This document shows positions 1 to 11,600 of a stretch of 64,000 bases of DNA, one piece after another; positions within the stretch are counted from its first letter, which is position 1, and every line of letters begins with the position of its first letter. Source of the DNA: an uncultured Anaerolineaceae bacterium (GTDB taxonomy: Bacteria; Chloroflexota; Limnocylindria; Limnocylindrales; CSP1-4); assembly GCA_964475245.1 (NCBI GenBank), contig CAYYVV010000005.1, positions 19,620 to 83,619 on the forward strand, read 5' to 3'. The notes under the pieces are model-generated. The model made no database searches. It was not told the origin of the DNA and saw only the letters and a program-made list of their open reading frames with translations. The position numbers were made by a program, and so were the translations under genes.

Positions 1-1488
1 TTCCTGATGCTCGGCGCCGCGTTCGCGACGCAGCGCGCGATCGAGAACGGGCGCCACCGCTGGTTGGTCGTGGCCGGCATCGCGCTCGGCCTCGCGTTCC
101 TGTCCAAGTACTTCCAGGGCCTGCTCGTCGGGCCTGGGCTTGCCCTCGCCTACATCGTCGCGGCGAACGCGTCGCTTCGGCGGCGTGCGGCAGGCCTGTT
201 CGTCCTTGGCGCCACGACCCTCGTCACGGCCGGGCTGTGGGTCGCGGCCGTGCTCGTGACACCGGCCGCGGCACGGCCGTACATCGGCGGCAGCACCAAC
301 AACTCCGTCCTCGACCTCATCTTTGGCTACGACGGGCTGGGCCGGATCTTCGGCGCAACCGCCGGCGGCATCGGCCAGGGCGGCGCCAACTTCAGTGGCA
401 CACCTGGGCTGCTGCGCCTGTTCAACACGGACTTCGGCGGCCAGATCGCGTGGCTGCTGCCGGCGTCACTCATCTTCCTCGTCGCCGGCCTCTACCTCAC
501 CCGGCGCGTCGCGCGTACAGACTTTCGTCGCGCCGGCTACCTGCTGTGGGGCGGATGGCTCCTCGTCACCGTCATCGTCTTCAGCTTCATGTCGGGCATC
601 GTGCATTCCTACTACGCGGTCGCGCTGGCGCCCGCGATCGGTGCCCTGGTCGGAGGCGGCCTCGTCGAGCTGTGGCGCGCGCGCGAGCGCTTCCTGGCCG
701 CCGGCCTGACCCTCGCTGCGGCGATCCTGGTCAGCGTCGGGCTGGCCGTCCTCCTCCTGTTGCGCAGCCCGAGCTTCATGTCCTGGCTGCCGCCGCTGAT
801 CGTCGGCCTGGGCGTAGCGGCGGCGATCGTCGTCGCCATGCCCGCAGCGCGCGGCGTCCGCATCGGCCTCGCCGGCCTGGCGCTGGGTCTCGTGGCGCTG
901 CTCGCCGGTCCTGCCGCCTTCACTGTCAACACGATCGCGACGGCGTACTCGGGCTCGATCGTCGCGGCCGGCCCGACGACGACGGCGACCGACTTCCTGA
1001 GCGGTTCGAGCGATGGCCAGGGCCGCGGTTTCGCGCTGGGTGGCTTCCCGGGCAACGGAGGCCCCGGCAGAAATGGCGGGCCGGCAGGGTTCGCGCCGGT
1101 CCGCGGCATCGGCGGTCAAGGCGGATCGGTCGGCAGCGCTGACTCCTCGCTCGCCTCATACCTCGTCGCCAATCAGGGCTCCGCAACCTGGATCGTCGCC
1201 GTGAGCGACGCGAGTGACGCGGCCGAGCTGGAGCTCGCCACGGGCAAGCCGGTCATGGCCATGGGCGGCTGGAGCGGCTCCGACAACGCACTGACACTCG
1301 ATCAGCTCAAGGCCGACATCGCCAACGGCAGCCTGCGCTACGTGATCGTCGGCGGCCAGGATGCCGGACTGTTCGGCTTCAACGGCGACTCGTCGCAGGT
1401 CACGGCGTGGGTCACCAGCCATGGAACGCTGGTCAACATCCCGGGCAGTTCGACGTCGGTCTACGACCTGTCCAACGCACTCAACTGA
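1..1488 (+). CDS. GT-C fold glycosyltransferase (family 39/83, PMT/ArnT-like), integral membrane, 5'-truncated by the window edge
   Basis: The frame is open from base 1. The multi-TM N-part (…IALGLAFLSKYFQGLL…) and the soluble C-terminal domain (…MAMGGWSGSDNALTLDQLK…) are typical of polyprenyl-P-sugar dependent transferases. It is followed directly by a GT2-GtrA partner gene. Confidence 0.7.
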   Translation, partial: FLMLGAAFATQRAIENGRHRWLVVAGIALGLAFLSKYFQGLLVGPGLALAYIVAANASLRRRAAGLFVLGATTLVTAGLWVAAVLVTPAAARPYIGGSTNNSVLDLIFGYDGLGRIFGATAGGIGQGGANFSGTPGLLRLFNTDFGGQIAWLLPASLIFLVAGLYLTRRVARTDFRRAGYLLWGGWLLVTVIVFSFMSGIVHSYYAVALAPAIGALVGGGLVELWRARERFLAAGLTLAAAILVSVGLAVLLLLRSPSFMSWLPPLIVGLGVAAAIVVAMPAARGVRIGLAGLALGLVALLAGPAAFTVNTIATAYSGSIVAAGPTTTATDFLSGSSDGQGRGFALGGFPGNGGPGRNGGPAGFAPVRGIGGQGGSVGSADSSLASYLVANQGSATWIVAVSDASDAAELELATGKPVMAMGGWSGSDNALTLDQLKADIANGSLRYVIVGGQDAGLFGFNGDSSQVTAWVTSHGTLVNIPGSSTSVYDLSNALN

Positions 1489-1504
1489 CGATCGAGGCAA
1501 CGAC

Positions 1505-2701
1505 ATGGACATCAGCTTCAGGACACTCAACGACCGACGGCCCGCCGAGGGCGGGCCGTCGGTCGAGCTGGTCATCCCGGTCTACAACGAGGAGGCCGAT
1601 CTCGAGCGCAGCGTGCGCCGCCTGCGCACCTACGTCGATGAGCACCTGCCCTATGCGACGACGATCACGATCGCCGACAACGCCAGCACGGACCGCACGT
1701 GGCAGATCGCCCAGCGGCTGTGCCGCGAGCTCGGCGAGGTGCGTGCCATCCACCTCGATCGGAAGGGCCGCGGCCGCGCTCTGCGCACGGCTTGGCTCCT
1801 GAGCCGTGCCGACGTCGTCGGCTACATGGATGTCGACCTGTCGACGGACCTTGCTGCGCTGCTGCCGCTGGTGGCGCCACTCGTCAGCGGCGAGAGCGAT
1901 GTCGCCATCGGCAGCCGCCTCGCGCCCGGCGCGCACGTCGTCCGTGGCGCGAAACGCGAGCTCATCTCGCGCGCCTACAACCTGATCCTGCGCCTCGTCC
2001 TGCGCGCTCGCTTCTCCGACGCGCAATGCGGCTTCAAGGCCGTCAGGCAGCCCGTCGCGCAGGCACTGCTGCCCCACGTCGAGGACAACTCGTGGTTCTT
2101 CGACACGGAGCTGCTCGTGCTCGCGCAGCGCGCCGGGCTGCGCATCCACGAGGTTCCCGTCGACTGGGTCGACGATCCGGGCACGACCGTGAAGGTCGGC
2201 GCCACGGCGCGCGACGACCTGCGTGGCGTGTGGCGGCTGGTGCTGCATCGGAGCGCACCCGAGGTCGGCGGCCTGCGTCGAGCGCCGACCGCCAACCCCC
2301 TTGCTCGGCAGCTCGTCTCGTTCGCGACGATCGGCGTGTTGAGCACCGCCGCCTACGCCGCGCTGTACCTGCTTTTCCGAGCCAGCACGTCGACCGAGAT
2401 CGCCAACGCCGGCGCACTCGTGCTGACCGCGATCGGCAACACCGCCGCCAACCGCCGGCTGACGTTCGGGATCACCGACCACACGCATCTGCTGCGCGAC
2501 CACGCCGCGGGCCTACTCGCGTTTGGCTTCGCGCTCGCGATCACGACTCTCGCGGCCGCGGGCATCCAGCACCTGGGCACGAGCATGAGCCACGTGGCGG
2601 AGCTGGTCGTGCTCGTCTCGGCCAACGCGGTCGCGACGATCGTCCGCTTCGGAGTCCTGCGCCAGTCGATCTCCAGAGCATCGCGCCGTATCCCCGTGTA
2701 G
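1505..2701 (+). CDS. Family-2 glycosyltransferase fused to a GtrA-like membrane domain (polyprenyl-phosphate sugar synthase type)
   Basis: The ATG at 1505 gives MDISF…VELVIPVYNEEADL…IADNASTDRT…DVDLSTD, a GT2 DxD core. The C-terminal ~130 aa form four TM helices (…LSTAAYAALYLLF…NTAANRRLTFG…), which is GtrA-like. The longer 1361 start overlaps the upstream gene and is rejected. Confidence 0.8.
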   Translation: MDISFRTLNDRRPAEGGPSVELVIPVYNEEADLERSVRRLRTYVDEHLPYATTITIADNASTDRTWQIAQRLCRELGEVRAIHLDRKGRGRALRTAWLLSRADVVGYMDVDLSTDLAALLPLVAPLVSGESDVAIGSRLAPGAHVVRGAKRELISRAYNLILRLVLRARFSDAQCGFKAVRQPVAQALLPHVEDNSWFFDTELLVLAQRAGLRIHEVPVDWVDDPGTTVKVGATARDDLRGVWRLVLHRSAPEVGGLRRAPTANPLARQLVSFATIGVLSTAAYAALYLLFRASTSTEIANAGALVLTAIGNTAANRRLTFGITDHTHLLRDHAAGLLAFGFALAITTLAAAGIQHLGTSMSHVAELVVLVSANAVATIVRFGVLRQSISRASRRIPV

Positions 2702-2917
2702 TCCGTGGTTGCCGTGCCCGCTCGCCTGCGTAACTGCCCAGCGGAGCACACGAACCCGTTCCGGCAGTTCAACTCGGCAAGCGCCGTCTACAAGGACAAT
2801 GTCCAGGCGTACTCGAATGTCGAGGCGGCCATCGACTTGACCGCATCGAGCCCGCTCGCTTTCGCACGCCAGGCGCTCGGCCTGTACTGAGGACTACCGG
2901 TTCCGACGATTGACCGA

Positions 2918-3793
2918 TCAATCGGCGCGCAGGAATGCCTCGACCACTGCGGCCGTTTCGTCGGGTTGCTCGAGCTGCGGAAGATCACCTGCGTGTTCGA
3001 TGGTCACGCGTCGAAGATGCTGGTTCGCGGCAACGAGCGCCTCGGAGGCCGCTGGGTCAGTGAAGTGCGGGTGATCTCCGAAGACGAGCAGCGTCGGGTT
3101 GGCCAGCCGCTGGTAGGCGCCCTCCGCCCGAGAATCGTTGAGCATCCCGGCAACAAAGGCCAGCGGGGCACGGAAAGCGCCGGGCTGCTGGCAGGTCCGC
3201 CAGCAGTAGGACGCGTATCCCGGCGGCATCTGGCCCGGATCGGCAAAGATCTGGCCGAGGAACCAGCGGATCACCCGGCGCCGGGCCAGGACCGCGAACA
3301 CGAGGCGACCGATCCCGGTCACGCGCAGGACACGGTAGAGCCTCGCCGGCGTCGGACCGGCACTGCCCTTGAAACGGCCGAAGCCGGTGGGACTGATCAG
3401 GACAATGCGACCGAAACGCTCCGGATGGTCGGCGGCGGCAACGACGACGTACTGCGCCGGCAGGGACAGGGCAACGACATCGACGCTGGTCTCGCCCGGT
3501 TGGAGCACCGCCGCGCGCATGAGGTCGAGTTGCTCTTCGTAGAGAGTCGGGCCATAGGCCGCATCCGGCCGATCCGACGTACCGAAGCCGAGCCAATCGA
3601 CCAGCACCACGCGTCGGCTTTGAGCCAGCCGTAACGCCAGCGGCGCGAGTTCCACACCCGCTCCTGCCGCGTTGAAGCTGTGCAGCAGGAGGACCGTCCG
3701 CCCCTCGCCCAGCTGGTAACCCGCGACCCGGCCGGCAGCGGTCTCGATGTTGAGCCGGACGCCCGAAACTGGTGGAGGAAGAGGATTCGCCAC
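2918..3793 (-). CDS. Alpha/beta-fold hydrolase
   Basis: The 291-aa ORF has …TVLLLHSFNAAGAG…VVLVDWLGFGTSDRP… and a C-terminal HAGDLPQLEQPDE, the pattern of the alpha/beta hydrolase-6 type. Confidence 0.65.
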   Translation of the reverse strand: MANPLPPPVSGVRLNIETAAGRVAGYQLGEGRTVLLLHSFNAAGAGVELAPLALRLAQSRRVVLVDWLGFGTSDRPDAAYGPTLYEEQLDLMRAAVLQPGETSVDVVALSLPAQYVVVAAADHPERFGRIVLISPTGFGRFKGSAGPTPARLYRVLRVTGIGRLVFAVLARRRVIRWFLGQIFADPGQMPPGYASYCWRTCQQPGAFRAPLAFVAGMLNDSRAEGAYQRLANPTLLVFGDHPHFTDPAASEALVAANQHLRRVTIEHAGDLPQLEQPDETAAVVEAFLRAD

Positions 3794-3858
3794 GTTCCCA
3801 TGGTCGTCGCTCGGGCACGATGGTCAAGTGCCAACCGGGCTAGGTTGGGCAGATGTGG

Positions 3859-4740
3859 TCACGCGCCAAATCCGGGCCGCCGCTTGATGAGGGTCAGGGG
3901 CCCGCTTCTCGTCTCATGTGCGTAAGCAATCACGGCGACAGATGCGGCCCAGGCGATGGTGGCCGCGGCGTAGCCCACGTTGAACGCGCCCGCCGCGAAG
4001 AGGGAGGAAAAGATGAGGCCGACTATTCCTAGCCAGACGAGCGGCTTGCCTCCACGGCCGATGTCGTTGGCCAGCCACACGGTCCGCGCCACTGGCAGCG
4101 ATGCCAGGGCGTAGACGACGATCACCCCCGCGAGCACTGCCGGCTGCAGGTAGTCGTCGCCCGTGCCGACGAACAATGAAAGGATCGCGCCGAGTGCGAG
4201 CAGCGCGGACGTCGTCACCTGGAGCCAAGCGTCGATGGTCAGGAGCCTGCGCTCACGTTCCGACGGTGGCTCGGCCAGCGAATCATCGGCGCTGCTCGCG
4301 TTCAGGCGCGCGCGCTCGGCACAGACCAAGAACACAGCGCCAAGCGCCAGCAACGCACCGATCACCATGACGGCAACGGAGAACTCGACTGCGCCCGGTC
4401 GAGGGTCTTGGTAGCCGGTCCAGTAGGAGCCCATGCCGAGGTCGGCCAACAAACCTGCGGTGTAGACGAGCGGCAGGATGAGCAGGACCTCGGCGATTGC
4501 CCAGCGACGGAGGAGGACGGCGACGGCCGCAAGGCCGACGAGCGCGGCTGAATTCCAGAGGACGGAGTCGCTGTAGCCGGCGAGCAACTGGGCGACGGTC
4601 CACGGGCCAGAGGTTTCCGTGCGCGGCACGAAGCTTCGATCAACCACCACCGCGACGAGGATGAAGCTCGCCGTGCTGATGATGCCGACTGGGCCTGCCC
4701 AACGCGCCGCGACCGATTGCTCGTTCATGACGACAGCCAC
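3859..4740 (-). CDS. Hypothetical polytopic membrane protein
   Basis: The 293-aa ORF has 7-8 hydrophobic helices and coding-like third-position GC. It lies 4 nt downstream of a small membrane ORF. Confidence 0.5.
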   Translation of the reverse strand: MAVVMNEQSVAARWAGPVGIISTASFILVAVVVDRSFVPRTETSGPWTVAQLLAGYSDSVLWNSAALVGLAAVAVLLRRWAIAEVLLILPLVYTAGLLADLGMGSYWTGYQDPRPGAVEFSVAVMVIGALLALGAVFLVCAERARLNASSADDSLAEPPSERERRLLTIDAWLQVTTSALLALGAILSLFVGTGDDYLQPAVLAGVIVVYALASLPVARTVWLANDIGRGGKPLVWLGIVGLIFSSLFAAGAFNVGYAAATIAWAASVAVIAYAHETRSGPLTLIKRRPGFGA

Positions 4741-4744
4741 CTGA

Positions 4745-4975
4745 TCATCGGCCAGGAGTCGTCGGCGTTGGCTGATCCTCTAGCTCGCTGACCCTCTGTT
4801 CGAGGTCGTCAACTCTTCGTCGGAATCGGCGAATCTGGCGCACAAGGATGATTGCCACCACGCCAATCCCAAGCATGATGAGCAGGCCGGGGATGCTCCA
4901 AAGCACCACCCTCCAGGTCGGTGCGAGATCGTCGAGGAGTGCGAGCCTGGCAAGTGCGTCAGCCTGTGTCGCCAT
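4745..4975 (-). CDS. Small single-pass membrane protein with a C-terminal coiled-coil segment
   Basis: The 76-aa ORF has one TM (WSIPGLLIMLGIGVVAIILV) followed by RQIRRFRRRVDDLEQRVSELE. It is tightly linked to 3859..4740. Confidence 0.4.
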   Translation of the reverse strand: MATQADALARLALLDDLAPTWRVVLWSIPGLLIMLGIGVVAIILVRQIRRFRRRVDDLEQRVSELEDQPTPTTPGR

Positions 4976-5375
4976 CCAAGTCCTCCGGTAGAGCGGGCAA
5001 CTCCACGGGGAAAGTGGTCCGGAGCAAGGGCTAGGTCAAGTGCCTGTTGTCATTCGTCTCACCTCCGAGCACCCGATCGCCGCCGTCGGCACAGTCACCC
5101 GGCCGAGCAACGACGGTGACTTCAGCGCCACTCGACGTTCACGATCTCGATTGTCTCGGCAGGCCCTTCAGCGTTTCCCTGCGGAGACCGGATGTCCCGT
5201 GTGACTCCCCGACTGTCGCGACGCTGACGACGATCTCGCCGGCGCTTCCGAGGGCCGCAATCCGGGCCGCCTCATCTCGGCAACGGCTAACAGCAGGCGC
5301 GTCTTGCCGATTCCCGGCTCGCAGGCGGTCGATCATGACCGCGCGCCACTCCAGCCCAGATCACGCACAAGCAAG

Positions 5376-5451
5376 TGGAGCGGGAGACGGGATTCGAACC
5401 CGCGACATTCGACTTGGGAAGCCGACGCTCTGCCAGCTGAGCTACTCCCGC
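5376..5451 (-). tRNA. tRNA-Gly (anticodon CCC), CCA encoded
   Basis: The reverse complement reads GCGGGAGTAGCTCAGCTGGCAGAGCGTCGGCTTCCCAAGTCGAATGTCGCGGGTTCGAATCCCGTCTCCCGCTCCA. It folds as a cloverleaf by hand, with anticodon loop TTCCCAA. Confidence 0.9.
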
Positions 5452-5679
5452 TCGGCCGGCCGATTCTAGCGTCCTCCCTTTGGGCGGTCGCCGCCGAAAG
5501 TTATCCACATTTCAAACCCATGACGGCTCGTAAACCGGTTTATCGGCAGAAAACGGGCCATTGTACGGATGCGAATAAGTACCAGCCGTCGCTAGCATCC
5601 GGCGCCTAATCGGGGCGTCTGCCCATTTGCGCGCGAGGGAAGTGCAGCGCGCAGCAGGCACCGCGTGGGGAGGGTCTGG

Positions 5680-8600
5680 ATGTTCGAGGCAAGTCCTCGT
5701 GCGCGCACGTTGTCGGCGCGCCTGGTAAGCATTTTTGTCGGCTTACTGGTGGTTGGTTCAATCGCCTTACCCGACGCGACCCTGGCGGCGTCACACGTAA
5801 CGTCGTTCAGCTTCGGCGCCGGCACCGTCCTGATGGACGGCGACAGCGGCGCAAGCGCGTGGTCCGCGCTCGACGCGTCACGAATGCCCGACTCGCTGGG
5901 CGGCCATCAGGCCGATCTCCAGCTCGATGCCTTCCAGGCTTACCGGCTCAATCGCGGCGACATGGAGGGCCTGCTCAGCAGCGCTCCGGCCCAAAAGGGC
6001 GGCGGCGCGCCGGCAACCACGCTCGACCTGGCCATTCCAGATCCGAGCGGCACCCTCCAGCACTTCGCGATCTACGACTCGCCGGTCATGGATCCCGCCC
6101 TCGCGGCCAAGTTCCCTGACATCCACACCTACAAGGGCGTCGGCATTGACGACCCCACCGCCGACATTCGCGCCGACCTGACCCCGCTCGGCTTCCACGC
6201 CTCGGTTCGCTCCACCAAGGGAACCTGGTACATCGATCCGCTCTACCACCTTGACCAGAGCGTCTACGCGTCGTACACCGGCGCCGCCCTGGAAGACGCG
6301 CACGGCACGTTCGTAGAGCGCGACGCCGACGGCCAACAGATCTCCGTCGATAAGGGCTACTACCACGCGAGCGATACGGTCACACTCAGCGGTTCGACCT
6401 TCACTCCGGACAGCCCCATCTCGATCACGATCTCTGATCCAGAGGGCAACTTCGCAGACCGCAACCTGAGCGCCCAGTCGGACGATCAGGGCAACTTCAC
6501 GACGAGCTTTGTCGCCGATCCTGACGGCAATCTCGACATGCACACCATCACAGCCAGCGACGGCGACCTCAGCGCCGACGCCAGCTACCAGGTCGTCACC
6601 AGTGACGACCTGAGCCACGACCCGCCAACTGGCGACTTCCTGCGCACTTACCGCCTCGCCTTGGTCACGGATCCGGGCTACGCGACGTGGTTCGGCGACA
6701 TCAACGGTGCCAACCCTGCACTGGTTGAGGCCGCCAAGGTCACCTTGATGGGCCGCATCGACCAGCTCTACGAAGACGACATGTCCATCCATATGACCCT
6801 GATTGCGAACGACGATCAGCTCAACCTCGACACATGGGCCAAAGCCACTGCGCCCAACGGTGCCTGCGGCGCCGCCGCGTGCTTCACCCAGGCAAACCTC
6901 ACGAGCTGCAGCACCCTGACCCGCACGCGCTACGTAATTGGCCAGATCATCGGCAACAGCGACTACGACATCGGCCACCTCGCCTTGGGCGAGCCGGGCG
7001 GCGGCGTGGCCGGCCTGGGTGTCGTTGGCAAGGGCACCACCAAGGCGCAGGGCTGCACGGGCATCCCGACACCTACAGGTGACTATTACGCCGTTGACTA
7101 CGCAGCCCACGAGATGGGTCACGAGTTCGGCGCAAACCACCCGTTCAATGGCACGCAGTTCAACTGCTCGACCAGCAACCGCAACGGCGGCACGTCCGTG
7201 GAGCCAGGCTCTGGCTCGAGCATCATGGCCTACGCCGGCATCTGCCTGACTGACGACCTGTCGCGCCACAGCGATCCGTATTTCAGCCAGAAAAGCCAGC
7301 AAGAGATCACGACTTACGTCACTGGCGCTCCAGCCAACGTGAACGAGGTCCAGACGGCATCGTTGGTCCACTTCGGTGGCGGCAACGAAGTCCAGACGGT
7401 TACCTTCGGCCCAGGCTTCCAGACCGCATTGACGATTCAGCCACTGAGCGTCGCCATCGGTGCCGCCAACAGTGGCCCCTCCGACTTCACGAACGTCGGC
7501 GGCATCTCCGAAACGGGCAACGTTGTGACGGTCTCGACCGGCAACGTTGGCGCGGCGACGACATTGACTGTTGGCGATCAGGTCTCGCTCGCCGGCGTCC
7601 CCGTGTCCGGCTACAACGGCGGGCCCTTCATCGTTACGTCCACGCCTTCGTCACGCGGCTTCACCTTCACGAGCCCGAACTCCGGCCTCGCTGTCTCCGG
7701 CGGCGGCACGTTCACGCTTCTCGCCCCAGGCCTGAGTGAGAGTGGTACGACCGCACTGGCGCGCACCACGACGGCCACGGGCCTGTCAACTGGCAACGTC
7801 GTCGTCATCACTGGCGCCGGCGTCGGCGCCTACAACGGCGCGGTCGTAGTGACCGGCACGCCGACCACCAAGTCCTTCACGTACACACCACTGACTCCCG
7901 CATCGACCGCAATCACGACCACGACCAACGCATCAGGGACGCTGGCGGTCTTCAACTCGACCGCTCATGGCCTGGCAATCGGTCAGACCGTGACGGTTTC
8001 GGGCAACTCCGTGGCCGCCTACAACGGCACGTGGGTTGTGACGGCTACGACTACGAACAGCTTCACGGCTGACATCGGCACATCCGGCAACCTGGGCGGT
8101 GCTGGTGGTACTGCGCAGGGCAGCAGCGCCAACCTGCCGAACTCCGGGGCTGGCACCGCGACCTTCACGCCGGGCTTCAAGATCAACATCGGCGGCAACG
8201 ACTCCGCTGAGATCGGCGGCTCGACACAGGCCTACACCAACGCCAACATCACGGCCGCGATGAACGCCATCTCGGGCTTCGCCGGCACGGCGACCGCTAC
8301 TGGCGCTGCCTCGACTGGCTTCGCGGTCACCTACACGGGTGCCTCGGCCGGCCTCGACGTGCCCAACTTCTCGCTCGACAACCTGAGTTGCAACGGCTGC
8401 TTCTCGTCCGTCCAGGAGACGACGCATGGCGGCGCGTTCGACTCGTTCACGATCAACTACAACGGAAATGACTCGTCAGTCATAACGAACAACTCGAACT
8501 ACACGACCGGGTCGATCGCCAATGCGATCGCGGGCGGCAACGAGGTTCAAACGATCGCGTTCACTAACTTCAATGCCCTGAACGCCGGCAACTCGTACCA

Positions 8601-11600
8601 GGTCCAGATCGGCGGCAACCTGTCGGCGGTATTGGGCAATGGCGGCACTGCCATCACGACGGCGAGTGTGGCCGCGGCAATCAATGCCATAAGCGGCTTC
8701 GCCGGCACTGTCACCGTCACGGGTGCCAGCAATACGGCTGGCCCGGTCATCACGTTCACTGCCGCGTCAGCGAATACAGATGTTCCGGCCGTGACGATCG
8801 TCTTCGGTGCCTGCTCGAGCGCCGGTACCCCGTGCACGTACACCAATACCGAGACGGCCAAGGGTTCAACAGGCATCACCGGCTGGCCGGTGGGCGGGAC
8901 CGTCGCAGTCGCCGCCTTCGGCGGTTCAGGCGGCCTCCTCAACACCGGCTTCCAGGTCACATTCAGCGGCACCCTTGCCAACACGGCCGTCAACAAGCTG
9001 ACGTTCACCAACATGTCGGGAGGTTCGTCTGGCTGGTTCGGCATCACCGACCGGCCCGGTGCGGACACCCGTGGCGGCACTTTGAGCGCGACTGGTAATG
9101 ACATCCCGGTTGTCAATGCGGGTCTCGATTACACGATCCCGTACCTGACGCCATTCACCCTGACGGGTAGCGCGACTGACAACAATCCACTGACCTATTC
9201 GTGGGAGCAGAACGACGCCGGGCCAACCTCGACGAGCGGCGGCACCGGCCTGGTCTTCAATGCGAAGCGAAACGGTCCGCTGTTCGCGATGTTCCCCTTC
9301 TCGTCGCAGATCGACGACACCTGCTCGTTGAATTACAGCTGCAACGAGGAGCAATTGCTCACCTCGAACCCGTCCAGGACGTTCCCGGACCTCCAGCAGA
9401 TCATCGATAACAACACCGACGCCGACACGGGCGCGTGCCCAACTGCGCCGATCATCCCGCCGGTCCCGCAGACGCTCGTCGAGTGCTACTCGGAGTACCT
9501 GCCGACCAGCGCATATGTCGGCCAGGGCAGCAACGCCAGCCCGCCACGGCTCAACTTCCGTCTCACGGCACGTGACGGCCTCGGTGGGGACAGTTCCGAC
9601 GACGCCACTCTTACTCTCGCCGTTGGCACGGGACCGTTCCTGGTTACGTCGCCCAACACGGCTGTCAGTTGGAGCAGCGGCTCATCCCAGAACGTCACGT
9701 GGAACGTGGCCGGCACGGACAGCAACGGGATCAATACGGCCAACGTGAAGATCTCGCTGTCGCTCGACGGCGGACACACCTACCCGACAGTGCTCGATGC
9801 GAGCACGCCCAACGACGGGTCGGACACAGTCACCATCCCGAACACCAACTCGACCACCGCGAGGATCAAGGTCGAGGCGATCGGCAACATCTTCTTCGAC
9901 ATCAGCGACGCCAACTTCAACATCACCAAGGCCGACACTTCCGTCGCCCTGTCCAGCTCAGCCAATCCGTCTGTCCACGGTCAGTCGGTCGACATCACTG
10001 CCACCGTATCCAGCGCTGGCGGGACGCCGACAACGGGTACCGTGACCTTCAACGTCGACGGCACCGATCAGGCGCCGACCTTTACGGACGGCTCCGGCCA
10101 TGCGGTGCTGACGACGTCCTCGTTGTCAACCGGCCCGCACACCATCAACGCCACATACAACGGCAACGATGGCTTCAACTCGGGCACCAACTCTTCGCCG
10201 TTCACTCAAACGGTAAACATGGCGGATACGACCACCGCAGTCACGGCCGACTCCGGAGGGACCTCCGTCTACGGCCAGGGCGTCACCTTCACGGCCACCG
10301 TCAGTGCCACCTTGCCTGGCGCTGGAACGCCGACAGGCTCCGTCCAGTTCAAGGTCGACGGCACCGACTCCGGTTCTCCAGTCACCCTGGGCGGCACTGC
10401 GCAGGCAACCTCCGCCTCCATCTCCGACCTGTCAGTCGGACCTCACACCATTACCGCTGTCTACGGCGGCGACACTGACTTCAACGGCTCATCTGACGGC
10501 ACTGGCGCGAGCCAGACAGTCAGTAAGGCCGACACGACAACCGCCATCACCAACGGCGCCGACCTGGGCAACGACACGGTCGTCGGCCAGAGCTACACCG
10601 TGAAGTGGTCGGTCACCGTCAACGCACCGGGCAATGCTCCGGGTGCCACCGCACCCACGGGCACGGTCACGGTCACCGGCGGCAGCGGCTGCACGGCCGA
10701 CGTGACGGCCGGCCAGTGCGACGTCACCTCGACCGAGCACGGCTCGAAGAACCTCGTTGCCACGTACGGTGGCGACGGCAACTTCAACGGCAGCGCCAGC
10801 GACAACGGCCCGCACGACGTCAACCTTGACGACACGACGACCGCGGTCACGCTGGCGACGGGTGCCAACCCGAGCGTTCACGGACAGGCGGTCAGCTTCA
10901 AGGCGATCGTCGGCGTGGTCTCGCCGGGTGTCGGCACGCCAACAGGAACCGTCCAATTCAAGATCGACGGCACGGACTTCGGGTTGCCGGTCACGCTGAG
11001 CGGCGGCCAGGCGATCTCCGCGTCGACCTCGTCGCTCAGCACCCAGGGCCACTCGATCACGGCCGTCTACTCGGGCGACTCCGAGGACAACGGCAGCACG
11101 AGCGGCTCGTTCACCCAGACCGTTAACAAGGCTGATACGTCGAGCTCAGTCCAGAGCTCGATGAACCCATCGGTCCACGGCCAGTCAGTCAGCTTCACGG
11201 CGACTGTCAGCGCGACTTCGCCTGGCGCAGGCACTCCGACGGGCCTGGTCCAGTTCAAGATTGACGGCGTCGACTTCGGCGGCACCGTCGCGCTGAGCGC
11301 TGGCCAGGCGACCTCAGGGACGACCTCGTCACTGACCACGGCGGGCCACTCGATCACCGTTGTCTACGGAGGCGACTCCGACTTCAACGGCAGTGATAAC
11401 ACCGGCAGCCCGCTGACCCAGACGGTCAACACGGCCAACACGAGCACGGGCATCGTGGCCAACACGAACCCGTCGGTCCATGGCCAGGCCGTTTCGTTCA
11501 CTGCCACGGTCACGGCCAGCGCCCCTGGCGCCGGCACGCCAACGGGCAATGTCCAGTTCAAGGTCGGCAACACCAACCTCGGCTCACCGGTCGCTCTCGT

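Noticed and set aside
2705-2890. A 61-aa ORF in the gap between the GT2-GtrA gene and the hydrolase, with slightly lower GC.
   Set aside because: It has no RBS and no recognisable family. It could be a gene fragment, but the evidence is too weak to call.
5047-5609. The ORFs 5047..5469, 5287..5508 and 5304..5609 around tRNA-Gly.
   Set aside because: They run through the tRNA gene and its flanks, have non-coding-like composition, and show no motifs.
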